Shown here piece by piece: positions 18,576 through 28,801 of a stretch of 64,000 nt of DNA. The stretch spans positions 3,661 to 67,660 of the forward strand of contig JAEZCL010000098.1 in the NCBI GenBank assembly GCA_023433585.1. The letters run 5' to 3'. A program made the position numbers and the translations under genes. Source of the DNA: Pseudomonadota bacterium (GTDB lineage Bacteria > Pseudomonadota > Alphaproteobacteria > Caulobacterales > Caulobacteraceae). How positions within the stretch are numbered: position 1 is the first letter of the stretch; the number at the start of each line of letters is the position of its first letter. The notes below the pieces were generated by a model that worked only from the letters and a program-made list of their open reading frames with translations, was not told the origin of the DNA and did not search any database.

Positions 18576-19253
18576 ATGCGTCACGACCGTCTGAGCGTTT
18601 TGCAGCAGCTCGAGCGCCAGGGCGTGGTGCCGGTTTTCTATCACCCGGACGTGGAGACCTGCATCGCGGTCATCGAGGCCTGCGCCAGGGCGGGCGCCCC
18701 GGCGGTCGAGTTCACCAACCGGGGCGACTTCGCCGCCCATGTGTTCCTGGAGGTCAGCCGCCACTTCGCCGAGGCGTACCCGGACGTCATCATGGGCGTG
18801 GGCTCCATCGTCGACGCGCCCACAGCCGGGCTCTACATCGCGGGCGGCGCGCGCTTCGTGGTCGGCCCCATGCTGAACGCCGAAGTGGCGCGCCTGTGCA
18901 ACCGGCGCCAGATCGCCTATTTGCCGGGCTGCGGCTCGGCCACCGAGATCTCCGACGCCCAGGAGCTGGGCTGCGACATCGTCAAGGTGTTCCCCGGCTC
19001 GTCCGTGGGCGGCCCGGACTTCGTCAAGGCGGTGAAGGGCCCGATGCCCTGGACCAAGATCATGCCCACCGGCGGCGTGGACCCGGACCCGGCCTCCATC
19101 GAGAAGTGGTTCGGCGCGGGCATCGTGGCGGCGGGCATGGGCTCCAAGCTCATCACCGACGCGGCGGTCAAGGCCAAGGACTGGGCCGGGATCGAGGCCA
19201 AGGTGCGCGACACGGTCAAGGCCATCGCCGACTTCCGCGCCGCGAAGGGCTGA
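18576..19253 (+). CDS. KDPG/KHG aldolase (Eda/KdgA family)
   Basis: VEFTNRG, PGCGSATE, VKVFP and MPTGGV motifs. Confidence 0.88.
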   Translation: MRHDRLSVLQQLERQGVVPVFYHPDVETCIAVIEACARAGAPAVEFTNRGDFAAHVFLEVSRHFAEAYPDVIMGVGSIVDAPTAGLYIAGGARFVVGPMLNAEVARLCNRRQIAYLPGCGSATEISDAQELGCDIVKVFPGSSVGGPDFVKAVKGPMPWTKIMPTGGVDPDPASIEKWFGAGIVAAGMGSKLITDAAVKAKDWAGIEAKVRDTVKAIADFRAAKG

Positions 19254-19340
19254 CCGCCGCCCGGCGAATGAACTCTCACGCCGCTGTCGGAACGGTGGTA
19301 TGTGTAAGCCGCCTTCAGGTTTCGACACATGGGAGGGACG

Positions 19341-21119
19341 ATGCGCAGGATGCTCAGCACAGGGGCGGCCCTGGCGGCGCTCGTCCTGTTCTCCGGCTCG
19401 GCGTCGGCGCCGTCGCCGACGTCGTTTGCCGCCGGTCTGCTGGATTTCGCCGATCCGGTCCGACAGGCGCGCGCCGTCTGCGGCTCGGCGGTCGCCAAGG
19501 CCACGCTGGCCGGGCGTCTGCTCGCGGCGAAGTCGGTCGCCCATGCGCTGAGCGCCGATGTCGAAGGCATCGCCCTCTATCCGGACCTCGCCGAGGTCCG
19601 GTTCGCCATAACCACCGCCGACGATCAGGCCGGGCGTTATTTCAATCAGGGCCTGGTGCTCAGCTACGGCTTCAACCACGCGGGCGCGGTGCGGTCGTTC
19701 CGGGAGGCCCAGAGGCGTGATCCCGGCTGCGCCATGTGCTGGTGGGGCGAGGCGGTGGCGCTGGGCCCCAACATCAACGCCCCCATGGATGACCGCGACC
19801 GGGAGGCGGCGCTGGCCGCGCTGGATCGCGCCATGTCCCTTCGCCAGGACGCCTCGCCGCTGGAACGGGCCCTGATCGAAGCGGCGGCGATGCGCTATTC
19901 GGCGGACCCGCAGGCGGATCGGACCACGCTGGACGCCGCCTATGCCGACGCCATGCTGGCCGTCGCCGCCCGCTTTCCCGACCACGACGAGGTCGCCGTC
20001 CTGGCGGCCGAGGCGGTCATGGACGCCAGCCCCTGGTACTACTGGGAGGCGGACAGGCGCACGCCGGTCGGCCGCTCCGGCGAGGCCGTGCGCCTGATCG
20101 AGACGGTGCTGGCGCGCACGCCGGACCATGTCCAGGCCGCCCACCTCTATATCCACCTGATGGAAAGCAGCGACCCGGCGCGGGCCGAGGCGGCCGCCGA
20201 CCGGCTGGCGGGCGCGGCTCTGACCGCCGGCCATCTGGTCCACATGCCCGCCCACATCTACCTGGCCCGGGGACGCCACGCCGACTCGATCCGGGTCAAT
20301 GTCGCCGCCGCGCGCGCCGACGAGGCATGGATACGCGCCTCGAACGATCAGGGCCTGGTCCGCTACGGCTATTATCCGCACAACGTCCACTTCATCGTCG
20401 CCTCAGCCCAGATGGCGGGCGATGTGGACACCGTGGTGAGCGAAGCGGCGCGCCTGCGAACCCTTCTGGATCTGGACACCTCCGCTCGCATCGCCTGGGT
20501 GCAGGTGATCGACGCCGCGCCCTACATGGCCATGGCCCAGGTCGCCGCGCCGGCCGACATCCTGGCGCTTCCGGCGGCCGACGCCCGCCTTCCGTTCGCC
20601 GAGGCCATGCGCCTTTACGCCCGCGCCGTGGCCTATGCCCAACTGGGAGACGGCGCGGCCTTCGACCGGACGCTGGCCCGGATGCGGGCCATGGGCGAAA
20701 CCGATCTTTTCGCCGACATGATCGCCCAGGGCGTGCCCGCGACGGACCTGATCGCCCTGGCCGTCGCGGCGGCGGAGGGCCGCCGCGCCTACGTCGAAGG
20801 CCGCTTCGAGGACGCCGTCGGGCGCTACCGCGAGGCGGCGGCCATCGAGGCCGGGATTCCCTACATGGAGCCGGCCTACTGGCCCTATCCGGTCAACCAG
20901 TCTCTGGGCGCGGCCCTGATCCGCGCCGGTCGCCCGGCGGAGGCTTCGGCGGCGTTCCGCGCCGCCCTGGTCCAGGCGCCGAACAACGGCTGGGCGCTGT
21001 ACGGTCTGGCGCGCAGCGAGGCGGCCCAGGGCCATGATCTGGAAGCGGCTGCGGCGCGCCGCGCCCTGACACAGGCCTGGCTCGGCGACGCCCACTGGCT
21101 GACGCTGGACCGGCTATAG
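19341..21119 (+). CDS. Secreted TPR-rich protein
   Basis: Signal peptide; YGFNH, HLYIH, HLVHMPAHIY and YYPHN motifs; TPR-like helices. Confidence 0.8.
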   Translation: MRRMLSTGAALAALVLFSGSASAPSPTSFAAGLLDFADPVRQARAVCGSAVAKATLAGRLLAAKSVAHALSADVEGIALYPDLAEVRFAITTADDQAGRYFNQGLVLSYGFNHAGAVRSFREAQRRDPGCAMCWWGEAVALGPNINAPMDDRDREAALAALDRAMSLRQDASPLERALIEAAAMRYSADPQADRTTLDAAYADAMLAVAARFPDHDEVAVLAAEAVMDASPWYYWEADRRTPVGRSGEAVRLIETVLARTPDHVQAAHLYIHLMESSDPARAEAAADRLAGAALTAGHLVHMPAHIYLARGRHADSIRVNVAAARADEAWIRASNDQGLVRYGYYPHNVHFIVASAQMAGDVDTVVSEAARLRTLLDLDTSARIAWVQVIDAAPYMAMAQVAAPADILALPAADARLPFAEAMRLYARAVAYAQLGDGAAFDRTLARMRAMGETDLFADMIAQGVPATDLIALAVAAAEGRRAYVEGRFEDAVGRYREAAAIEAGIPYMEPAYWPYPVNQSLGAALIRAGRPAEASAAFRAALVQAPNNGWALYGLARSEAAQGHDLEAAAARRALTQAWLGDAHWLTLDRL

Positions 21120-21142
21120 GCCGGTCGGACGCCTTATCCCGT

Positions 21143-22693
21143 TCAGACGGGGCTTCGGGGAGCCTCGCCGAACGTCTCGATCAGCGGCCCGATCCAGGGC
21201 CGGTATCGCGGCCATCGGTCCGGCCGGCGCGTGATCGGCGCCCCGACCTGCAGGGCCGAGAACGTCCGCATGGGCGCCCGGCGCCGCTCCGGCTTCAGAT
21301 AGTCCGCCTTCCAGTCCAGGCCGCAGAAGGTGAACAGACGCCGGCCCTCTTCGTCCGGGGCCTCGCACAGGGCCTCGTGGTCCAGCGTCAGGACGCGGTC
21401 GCCCAGCCGCGCCTTCCAGTCCGCCATCAGCCGCTCGGATAGCGTCCAGGCGTGGGCCGTCTGAGCCAGGTCGCCGGCGTATCCATAGGCGCCCGCGAAG
21501 TTCAGCAGGTGGATGGACAAACAGGTCTCGCGCGGGTCGCGCCGCACATGGATGAACCTCGCCTTGGGGAACAGCCGGGCGATGACCCCCACATAGAGCA
21601 GATTCAGCGGCATCTTGTCGGTGACGCGGCGCCGGTTCAGCCCCGCCGCGCGATAACGCCCGGCGATGTCGGAGCGCATGTCGGCCTCGCGCGCCTGAAG
21701 CGCCGCCGCCGCGCCTTTCGCGCCCATGCGCCCGGCGATGATCTCGATCTCGCGGCCCGCCAGGGCCAGTTCCATCCGCTCGCCCCCCGCCGCGACCATG
21801 GGGTCCGCCCCCAGGACGGATTCGGTCAGCGAGGTTCCCGAACGGGGCATCCCCACGATGACCAGCGGCTCCAGCGTCTCGTCGGCGCCGGCGCCGGCCG
21901 CCCCCGCGTCATGTACGGCGAGCATGAACGCCGCCGCAGCGTCCTCGCGCGCGGGATCATAGACCGACGGGATCAGCCCGCCGGCCAGCCGCGCCCACGT
22001 CATGGCGCCTTGCGGATCTTTCATCCGGTCATGGGCGCCCGCCAGCGCATAGGCCGCCTCGGCCCGCAGATGCGGCGGCAGGGCGGCGTTCCCGGCGGCG
22101 GCTTCCAGCGCCTTGAGCCGGTCGCCCCTCGGCTTCAGGGCGCACAGCTGCGACAGCAGGCCGACATGACCCGGCGCTCGTTCCAGCGCCGCCTCCAGCA
22201 CCGTTCCGGCCTCATCAATCCGACGCAGGGCGATCAGCACGTCCGCCAGTCCGGCGACTGCGTCCGCATGGACCGCCGGGACCTGCATCGCCTGTCGGTA
22301 AAGGGTCTGGGCCGTCTTCAGATCGTTGGCCAGATAGGCCGCCCGCGCCGCCTCCATGCGGTCGGCGGCCGTCCCCTCCGGCAGGCGCGCGGCGCGCTGG
22401 AACGCCTCGGCGGCCAGGGTGAAATCATTGGCCTGGTTCGCCGCGCCGCCGAAACGACGCCAGAAGCCGATGTCGCCTGCCTGCGTCCGCGCCAGAGCCG
22501 AAAGGGCGGCGAGGCGGGCGGTGGGCTGGCCCGATCGCTGCGCCAGATCGGTCAGGGCGGCGGTCAGGGTCTGGTCCGGAGCCTTCGCCGCGCGCCGGGC
22601 CAGAAGCGCGGCGGCGCTCACATCCAGGCCCTGGCGGATCAGGCGTCCCGCCTCGTCGACGGCGGCCAGGGTGTCAGGGGCGGCGGGAGTCAT
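21143..22693 (-). CDS. TPR-containing sulfotransferase
   Basis: IVGMPRSGTSLTE PAPS loop, TDKMP and RRDPRETCLS motifs; N-terminal TPRs. Confidence 0.88.
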   Translation of the reverse strand: MTPAAPDTLAAVDEAGRLIRQGLDVSAAALLARRAAKAPDQTLTAALTDLAQRSGQPTARLAALSALARTQAGDIGFWRRFGGAANQANDFTLAAEAFQRAARLPEGTAADRMEAARAAYLANDLKTAQTLYRQAMQVPAVHADAVAGLADVLIALRRIDEAGTVLEAALERAPGHVGLLSQLCALKPRGDRLKALEAAAGNAALPPHLRAEAAYALAGAHDRMKDPQGAMTWARLAGGLIPSVYDPAREDAAAAFMLAVHDAGAAGAGADETLEPLVIVGMPRSGTSLTESVLGADPMVAAGGERMELALAGREIEIIAGRMGAKGAAAALQAREADMRSDIAGRYRAAGLNRRRVTDKMPLNLLYVGVIARLFPKARFIHVRRDPRETCLSIHLLNFAGAYGYAGDLAQTAHAWTLSERLMADWKARLGDRVLTLDHEALCEAPDEEGRRLFTFCGLDWKADYLKPERRRAPMRTFSALQVGAPITRRPDRWPRYRPWIGPLIETFGEAPRSPV

Positions 22694-22818
22694 CGGCGAA
22701 CTTGTTCCACCTGGAGGGCAGGCTGTCCATCACGAAGGCGGGGATTTGAACCGCCGCGCCGACCCGCATAAGGATGGCGCATTCGGTGTTCCGCCGGGTG
22801 TGCTCAGGGAGTCTCCGC

Positions 22819-24720
22819 ATGATCCGTCCGTCCGTTCTGGCCATCGCCGCCGCACTGGCGCTTTCCGGAGGCCTGGCGGCCTGCACCGACCGACCCGCGA
22901 CCGACGTGACCGCCCCGCGCATCCCGGACGACATCCAGTATGTGGCCGACGCCCATTCCTATGCCCGTCCTGAAATCGCGCGCGTCCACGATGTCGCCCT
23001 GGACCTGACGGCGGACTTCGAGCGCCGCATCCTGTCGGGCACGGCGACCCTGGACATCACGGCGGAACAGGGCGCGACCGAGATCATCCTCGACATCCGC
23101 GACCTGGACATCCGCGCGGTGCGGTCGGACGACGGGCCGCTGGACTATGTGATCGGGGATGAGCAGCCGTTCCTGGGCCGCCCCCTGACCATCGCCATCC
23201 CCTTCACCGAGGGGCGCATCCACATCGACTATTCCACCCGGCCTGACGCGGCGGCCCTGCAATGGCTGACCCCGGAGCAGACGGCGGGCGGCGCGCATCC
23301 CTTCCTGTTCAGCCAGGGCCAGGCGATCCTGACCCGCACCTGGATCCCGACCCAGGACAGCCCCGGAATCCGCCAGACCTATTCCGCCCGCATCGTCGTG
23401 CCCGAGAGCCTAAAGGCCGTCATGAGCGCCGAGATGCTGACCCCGGAGGGCGAAGCGGTCGAGGGCGGGCGCGCCTTCCGCTTCCGCCTGGACCAGCCGG
23501 TGCCGCCCTATCTGATCGCCCTGGCGGCGGGAGACCTGGCGTTCCAGTCGCTGGGCGCGCGCACCGGCGTCTGGACCGAGCCCTCGATGCTGGAGCGTTC
23601 GGCCGCCGAGTTCACCGAGGTGGAGGCCATGGTCGAGGCGGCCGAGGCGCTCTACGGCCCCTACATATGGGGCCGCTACGACCTGCTGGTCCTGCCCCCC
23701 AGCTTCCCGTTCGGGGGCATGGAGAACCCGCGCCTGACCTTCGCCACGCCCACCATCATCGCCGGCGACCGGTCGCTGGTCTCCCTGGTGGCGCACGAAC
23801 TGGCCCACAGCTGGTCCGGCAATCTGGTGACCAACGCCACCTGGGACGATTTCTGGCTCAACGAGGGCTTCACCGTCTATTTCGAGAACCGCATCATGGA
23901 GGCCATCTACGGCGCCGAGCGGGCCGAGATGCTGCGCTCGCTGGAGTGGACCGAGCTTCAGGCGGAACTGACCGAACTGCCCTCGGCGGACCAGCACCTG
24001 CACCTGGACCTGGACGGCCGCGACCCGGACGAGGGCATGACCTCGATCGCCTATGACAAGGGCGCCCTGTTCCTGCGCACCATCGAGGGGATCGTCGGGC
24101 GCGATCGATTTGACGGCTGGCTGCGCGGCTATTTCCAGCGCAACGCCTATCGCCCCATGACCACCGAACTGTTCCTGGCCGATCTGCGCGAGCATCTGAT
24201 CGCGGGCGACCGGGCGCTGGAGGAACGGTTGCAGCTGGACGCCTGGATCAACGGGCTGGGCCTGCCGTCGAATGCCGTCCAGCCTTCCCCCGCCGCCTTC
24301 GCCCCGGTGGAGGCGCAGGCCGCCGCCTTCGCGGACGGCGCGGCGGCGTCGAGCCTGGAAACCGACGGCTGGGTGACCCAGCAGTGGCAGCACTTCCTAG
24401 GCTCCCTGCCGCAGGGGATGACCAACGCTCAGCTGGCCGACCTGGACCGCGCCTTCGGTCTCTCCCAGGCGGGCAACAGCGAGGTCCGCTTCGCCTGGCT
24501 GATGATCGCGGTGAAGCACCGCTATCAGCCGGCCGTGCCCTCGCTGGAACAGTTCCTGACCAGCATGGGGCGGCGCAAATTCACCCAGCCGCTCTATGTG
24601 GCCCTGATGGCCGAAGGCGACTGGGGCCGCCCCATCGCCCGGCGCATCTATGAGCGCGCCCGCCCCGGCTATCACCCCATCACCACGGGCTCGGCCGATC
24701 CGGTGGTGCGGGGACGGTAG
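22819..24720 (+). CDS. M1 family aminopeptidase (leukotriene A4 hydrolase-like), lipoprotein
   Basis: GGMEN, HELAH..NEG and YDKG motifs; lipobox LAAC. Confidence 0.92.
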   Translation: MIRPSVLAIAAALALSGGLAACTDRPATDVTAPRIPDDIQYVADAHSYARPEIARVHDVALDLTADFERRILSGTATLDITAEQGATEIILDIRDLDIRAVRSDDGPLDYVIGDEQPFLGRPLTIAIPFTEGRIHIDYSTRPDAAALQWLTPEQTAGGAHPFLFSQGQAILTRTWIPTQDSPGIRQTYSARIVVPESLKAVMSAEMLTPEGEAVEGGRAFRFRLDQPVPPYLIALAAGDLAFQSLGARTGVWTEPSMLERSAAEFTEVEAMVEAAEALYGPYIWGRYDLLVLPPSFPFGGMENPRLTFATPTIIAGDRSLVSLVAHELAHSWSGNLVTNATWDDFWLNEGFTVYFENRIMEAIYGAERAEMLRSLEWTELQAELTELPSADQHLHLDLDGRDPDEGMTSIAYDKGALFLRTIEGIVGRDRFDGWLRGYFQRNAYRPMTTELFLADLREHLIAGDRALEERLQLDAWINGLGLPSNAVQPSPAAFAPVEAQAAAFADGAAASSLETDGWVTQQWQHFLGSLPQGMTNAQLADLDRAFGLSQAGNSEVRFAWLMIAVKHRYQPAVPSLEQFLTSMGRRKFTQPLYVALMAEGDWGRPIARRIYERARPGYHPITTGSADPVVRGR

Positions 24721-24828
24721 AGCGCAAGGCGTAGGTCGCAGAAGGCGGAGCGAACACTCGCAATTGGGCCCACTACCCCTTGCGGAGCAATGCATCGGGA
24801 TCGGGAATAAGGTTTTTGCATCCCGAAA

Positions 24829-24861
24829 CCATCACCCTCCGGTTAAGCCGGAGGGTGATGG
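24829..24861. repeat. REP-like 14-bp hairpin
   Basis: CCATCACCCTCCGG-TTAAG-CCGGAGGGTGATGG. Confidence 0.7.
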
Positions 24862-24912
24862 GAAGACAGACATCGTACCTGGTCAAACCTGCCTCGGCCC
24901 CGCTATCCTGGG

Positions 24913-25839
24913 TTGGCGGGGGACAACGCATTGGCGGATCAGGACGTCAGAGGCAAAGACTGGTCGGACGATGAGTTGGACGCCATCGTCGCGGACCATT
25001 TCGCCATGCTGCGCGCCCAGTCCGAGGGCCGGGCCTATGTGAAGGCCCATCACGCCCGCGCCCTCGATGAACAGATCAGACGCGGGCACAAGTCCATCGA
25101 GTTCAAGCACATGAATATCTCGGCGGTGCTGACCCAGCTCGGCCTGCCCACCATCCGCGGCTATCGTCCCATGGCCAACTATCAAGCCGCCATTTTCGAC
25201 GCCCTGGACCGCTACCTTACGACCCGTCCCGACGCCTGGACCCTCGGCCTACCTGACCCCGCCTCCGGCTTCGCCGAGGAAGGGACGACCTTCTCCTCCC
25301 CATTCCATGGGGAGGGGGACCACGAAGTGGTGGAGGGGCCGTCGGCTCCGGGCGCCATCCTCCCTATCTCGACCCCGCCGCCGCCCGCGCCGTCAAAGCC
25401 CCGGCCCGACGGCCTTGTCCGCCTCGTCCGCAAATTCGACCCCGCCGCCCGCGATCACCGTAACCGCGCCCTCGGCCTGATGGGCGAACAGCGCATCTTC
25501 GACCACGAACGCGCCTTCCTCATCGCCAATGACCGCCCCGATCTGGCGCGCAAGATCGAATGGACGTCGCAGGAACGCGGCGACGGCGCCGGTTACGACA
25601 TCCACAGCTTCGCCCCCGACGGCCGCGAGCGTCTGATCGAGGTCAAGGCCACGCGCGGCGGCCCCGCCACCGACTTCTTCCTGACCCGCACCGAACGCGA
25701 GGTCTCACAGGAACGCCCCGAGGCGTGGCGCCTCTACCGCCTCCACGACCTGCCCACGACGCCGGGCCTGTTCCAGCTCAAGCCCCCGCTGGAGACGACC
25801 GTGACGCTGAGACCGGAGACGTGGCGGGCGGGATTTTAG
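24913..25839 (+). CDS. DUF3883 (NOV C-terminal, PD-(D/E)xK-like) domain protein
   Basis: GDGAGYDIHSF..RLIEVKAT motif; N-terminal WSDDELDAIVADHFAML..SIEFKHMNISAVL; start uncertain. Confidence 0.82.
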   Translation: MAGDNALADQDVRGKDWSDDELDAIVADHFAMLRAQSEGRAYVKAHHARALDEQIRRGHKSIEFKHMNISAVLTQLGLPTIRGYRPMANYQAAIFDALDRYLTTRPDAWTLGLPDPASGFAEEGTTFSSPFHGEGDHEVVEGPSAPGAILPISTPPPPAPSKPRPDGLVRLVRKFDPAARDHRNRALGLMGEQRIFDHERAFLIANDRPDLARKIEWTSQERGDGAGYDIHSFAPDGRERLIEVKATRGGPATDFFLTRTEREVSQERPEAWRLYRLHDLPTTPGLFQLKPPLETTVTLRPETWRAGF

Positions 25840-25891
25840 GCTGTCGCTAAGCAGCAGAACGGGTCCGGCCCCATCGCCCCGTTCCGTTCGG

Positions 25892-26737
25892 TCAACTGCC
25901 GGACGGATCCTTCAGGGCCTTCGCCTTGGCTCTCTCCAGCTGGCTGATGCTGGTCTCCGGCGTGGGCAGATGCTCGGGCATTGCGCCGCCCAGTTCGGCG
26001 ATCGTGCTGCGCACCTTCCTGCCCACGGCATGATGAATATCGTTCGCCTGCGCCCTGGTGCGCGCACCGTCGCGTTTCAGTTTGTCCTCGGCCTGCGTGG
26101 CGCGAAACAGATTCGCCGCCAGCTCGGTCGAACCCATATGATCCAGGATCTTCTGGCTCTTCTTCAGGCCCTTCAGGGCGTGAATGTCCCGCATGGTCCG
26201 GCCGCCATACAGGCCGCGATACCCGTGATCCTGAAAGATCGCATAGTCCAGCCCGGTCTCGACACCCGCCTGCCGCGCCGCAGACGCCAGAGCGGTGTTG
26301 TGCTGGGCCATCTCCCGTCGCAGCATCAGCCGCCGGTCGTCTTCCGACAGGGAGCCGAACGCGGGATCATCCTGAATCTCCTGCCGCCGGGTCTGGACGG
26401 CGAAATAGGTCTGCCCCGCCGCAATCACCAGCTTCGACGGATCGCCGTTCTGGACGATCAGGTAACAGGCGTAGCGCGAAAGGCGGACATCGCTGAGTTC
26501 ACGCTTCGCCCCGGAACCGATATCGACCATTCTGGTGACGTCACCGAAATGGTCCGCGGGATCGAGCCCCGCCGCCGCCGCCGACACCCGCGCCTTCTCG
26601 ATGACGCCAAAGAAATTACGGTAATCCTGATACCCCAGCACCGGCGCCAGCTGCCGCGCCAGCCAGTATTCCGCGCCCTCGTCCTCATGACGGATCGACT
26701 CGAACGTCTGACGGTGCGGGGGGCCGAGATCGGTCAT
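25892..26737 (-). CDS. dinD: DNA damage-inducible protein D (Bro-N-like)
   Basis: LSRYACYLIVQNGDP, QTYFAVQTRRQE and ILDHMGSTELAANLFRATQ motifs. Confidence 0.92.
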   Translation of the reverse strand: MTDLGPPHRQTFESIRHEDEGAEYWLARQLAPVLGYQDYRNFFGVIEKARVSAAAAGLDPADHFGDVTRMVDIGSGAKRELSDVRLSRYACYLIVQNGDPSKLVIAAGQTYFAVQTRRQEIQDDPAFGSLSEDDRRLMLRREMAQHNTALASAARQAGVETGLDYAIFQDHGYRGLYGGRTMRDIHALKGLKKSQKILDHMGSTELAANLFRATQAEDKLKRDGARTRAQANDIHHAVGRKVRSTIAELGGAMPEHLPTPETSISQLERAKAKALKDPSGS

Positions 26738-26758
26738 GAAGCGACCATCCCACAGCTG

Positions 26759-26773
26759 GAACAAATTGGCAAC
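26759..26773 (-). promoter_or_regulatory. Putative alphaproteobacterial LexA box upstream of dinD
   Basis: GTTG-CCAATTT-GTTC on the minus strand, one mismatch to GTTC-N7-GTTC. Confidence 0.55.
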
Positions 26774-26790
26774 TTTATGGGGCGTCGCCC

Positions 26791-28599
26791 TCAATCCTCA
26801 TCCATCTTCAGCGCGGCGATGAAGGCTTCCTGCGGGATCTCGACCTTCCCGAACTGCCTCATCCGCTTTTTCCCTTCCTTCTGTTTCTCCAGAAGCTTCT
26901 TTTTCCGCGTGGCGTCGCCGCCGTAGCATTTGGCGGTGACGTCCTTGCGCAGGGCGCGGACGGTTTCGCGGGCGATGATCTTGCCGCCGATGGCGGCCTG
27001 GATCGGGATCTGGAACAGGTGGGGCGGGATCAGCTCCTTCATCTTCTCGACCATGCCGCGCCCGCGCGTCTCGGCGCGTGAGCGGTGGACCAGCATCGAG
27101 AGCGCGTCCACCGGCTCGGCGTTGACCAGGATGTTCATCTTGACCAGGTCGCCCTCGCGGTAGTCGCCCAGTTCGTAGTCGAAGCTGGCGTAGCCCTTGG
27201 AGATGGACTTCAGCCGGTCATAGAAGTCGAACACCACCTCGTTTAGCGGCAGCTCATAGACCACCAGGGCGCGGGCGCCGACGTAGCTGAGCTCCTTCTG
27301 CACGCCGCGTCGATCCTGACACAGCTTGATGACCCCGCCCAGATAATCGTCGGGGGTCATGATGACGGCCTTGATCCAGGGTTCCGAGATGGACTCGATC
27401 TGCATCACGTCGGGCAGGTCGGCGGGGTTGTGCAGGTCGATCTCGGACCCGTCGCGCATCTTGATCTTGTAAACCACCGACGGCGCCGTCGCGATCAGGT
27501 CCAGGTTGAACTCGCGGCTCAGGCGCTCCTGGATGATCTCCAGGTGCAGCAGGCCCAGGAAGCCGCAGCGGAAGCCGAAGCCGAGCGCGGCCGAGCTTTC
27601 CATCTCATAGGTGAAGCTGGCGTCGTTCAGGCGCAGGCGGGCGATGGCGGCGCGCAGGTCCTCGAAGTCGGCCGCGTCCACCGGGAACAGACCGCAGAAC
27701 ACCACCGACTGGACGTCCTTGAAGCCTTTGAGCGGCTCGGCCGTGGGGCGCTTCTCGTCGGTGATGGTGTCGCCCACCGCCGCGTGCGCCACTTCCTTGA
27801 TCTGGGCGGTGATGAAGCCGATTTCGCCGGGCCCGAGGCTCTCCACCGGCGTGTTCTTGGGCAGGAAGACCCCGACCCGGTCGACGAGATGGGTCGAACC
27901 GTTCTGCATGAACTTGACCCGCTGACCGGCGCGCAGGCGCCCGTCGAACACCCGCACCAGCAGCACGACGCCCAGATACGGGTCGTACCAAGCGTCCACC
28001 AGCATGGCCTTCAGCGGCGCGGCCTCGTCGCCCCTGGGCGCGGGCAGGCGCGCGATCACCGCCTCCAGCACGTCGGTGATGCCCAGGCCGGTCTTGGCGG
28101 AGCACTCCACGGCGTCCGACGCATCGATGCCGATGACGTCTTCGATCTGGGCCTTGACCCGCTCCGGCTCGGCGGCGGGCAGGTCGATCTTGTTCAGGAC
28201 CGGCACGATCTCATGATTGTTGTCGATGGCCTGATAGACGTTGGCCAGGGTCTGAGCCTCCACCCCCTGGGACGCATCCACCACCAGAATCGAGCCCTCG
28301 CACGCGGCCAGGCTGCGCGACACTTCATAGGCGAAGTCCACGTGGCCGGGGGTGTCCATCAGGTTCAGGACATACTCCAGCCCGTCCTGCGCCTTGTAGG
28401 TCAGGCGCACGGTCTGGGCCTTGATGGTGATGCCGCGCTCCTGCTCGATCTCCATGTTGTCGAGCACCTGCTCACGCATCTCGCGTTCGGTCAGGCCGCC
28501 GGTCGCCTGGATCAGGCGGTCCGACAGCGTCGACTTGCCGTGGTCGATGTGTGCGACGATGCTGAAGTTGCGGATGCGGTCGAGGGGCGTCTGGCTCAT
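26791..28599 (-). CDS. lepA: Elongation factor 4
   Basis: [28 protein letters not shown] and [13 protein letters not shown] motifs. Confidence 0.97.
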   Translation of the reverse strand: MSQTPLDRIRNFSIVAHIDHGKSTLSDRLIQATGGLTEREMREQVLDNMEIEQERGITIKAQTVRLTYKAQDGLEYVLNLMDTPGHVDFAYEVSRSLAACEGSILVVDASQGVEAQTLANVYQAIDNNHEIVPVLNKIDLPAAEPERVKAQIEDVIGIDASDAVECSAKTGLGITDVLEAVIARLPAPRGDEAAPLKAMLVDAWYDPYLGVVLLVRVFDGRLRAGQRVKFMQNGSTHLVDRVGVFLPKNTPVESLGPGEIGFITAQIKEVAHAAVGDTITDEKRPTAEPLKGFKDVQSVVFCGLFPVDAADFEDLRAAIARLRLNDASFTYEMESSAALGFGFRCGFLGLLHLEIIQERLSREFNLDLIATAPSVVYKIKMRDGSEIDLHNPADLPDVMQIESISEPWIKAVIMTPDDYLGGVIKLCQDRRGVQKELSYVGARALVVYELPLNEVVFDFYDRLKSISKGYASFDYELGDYREGDLVKMNILVNAEPVDALSMLVHRSRAETRGRGMVEKMKELIPPHLFQIPIQAAIGGKIIARETVRALRKDVTAKCYGGDATRKKKLLEKQKEGKKRMRQFGKVEIPQEAFIAALKMDED

Positions 28600-28801
28600 G
28601 CCCGCGCCGGTATCACGCCGCCGGGGGGCCGCCAAGCGCGGTGCGCGGCCACCGGGCGCATCCGCGCCTGAAACCGTTGCGGATTAAGATGTCGTAATGG
28701 AGCCTCTCTTCGTTTGAGGGTGATTTGCAAAACGATTATCTAGGCGACCCCGCGCGCCGCGATCCCCCTTCGGCCGCGCACTCAGACCAAAGGGACATGG
28801 T

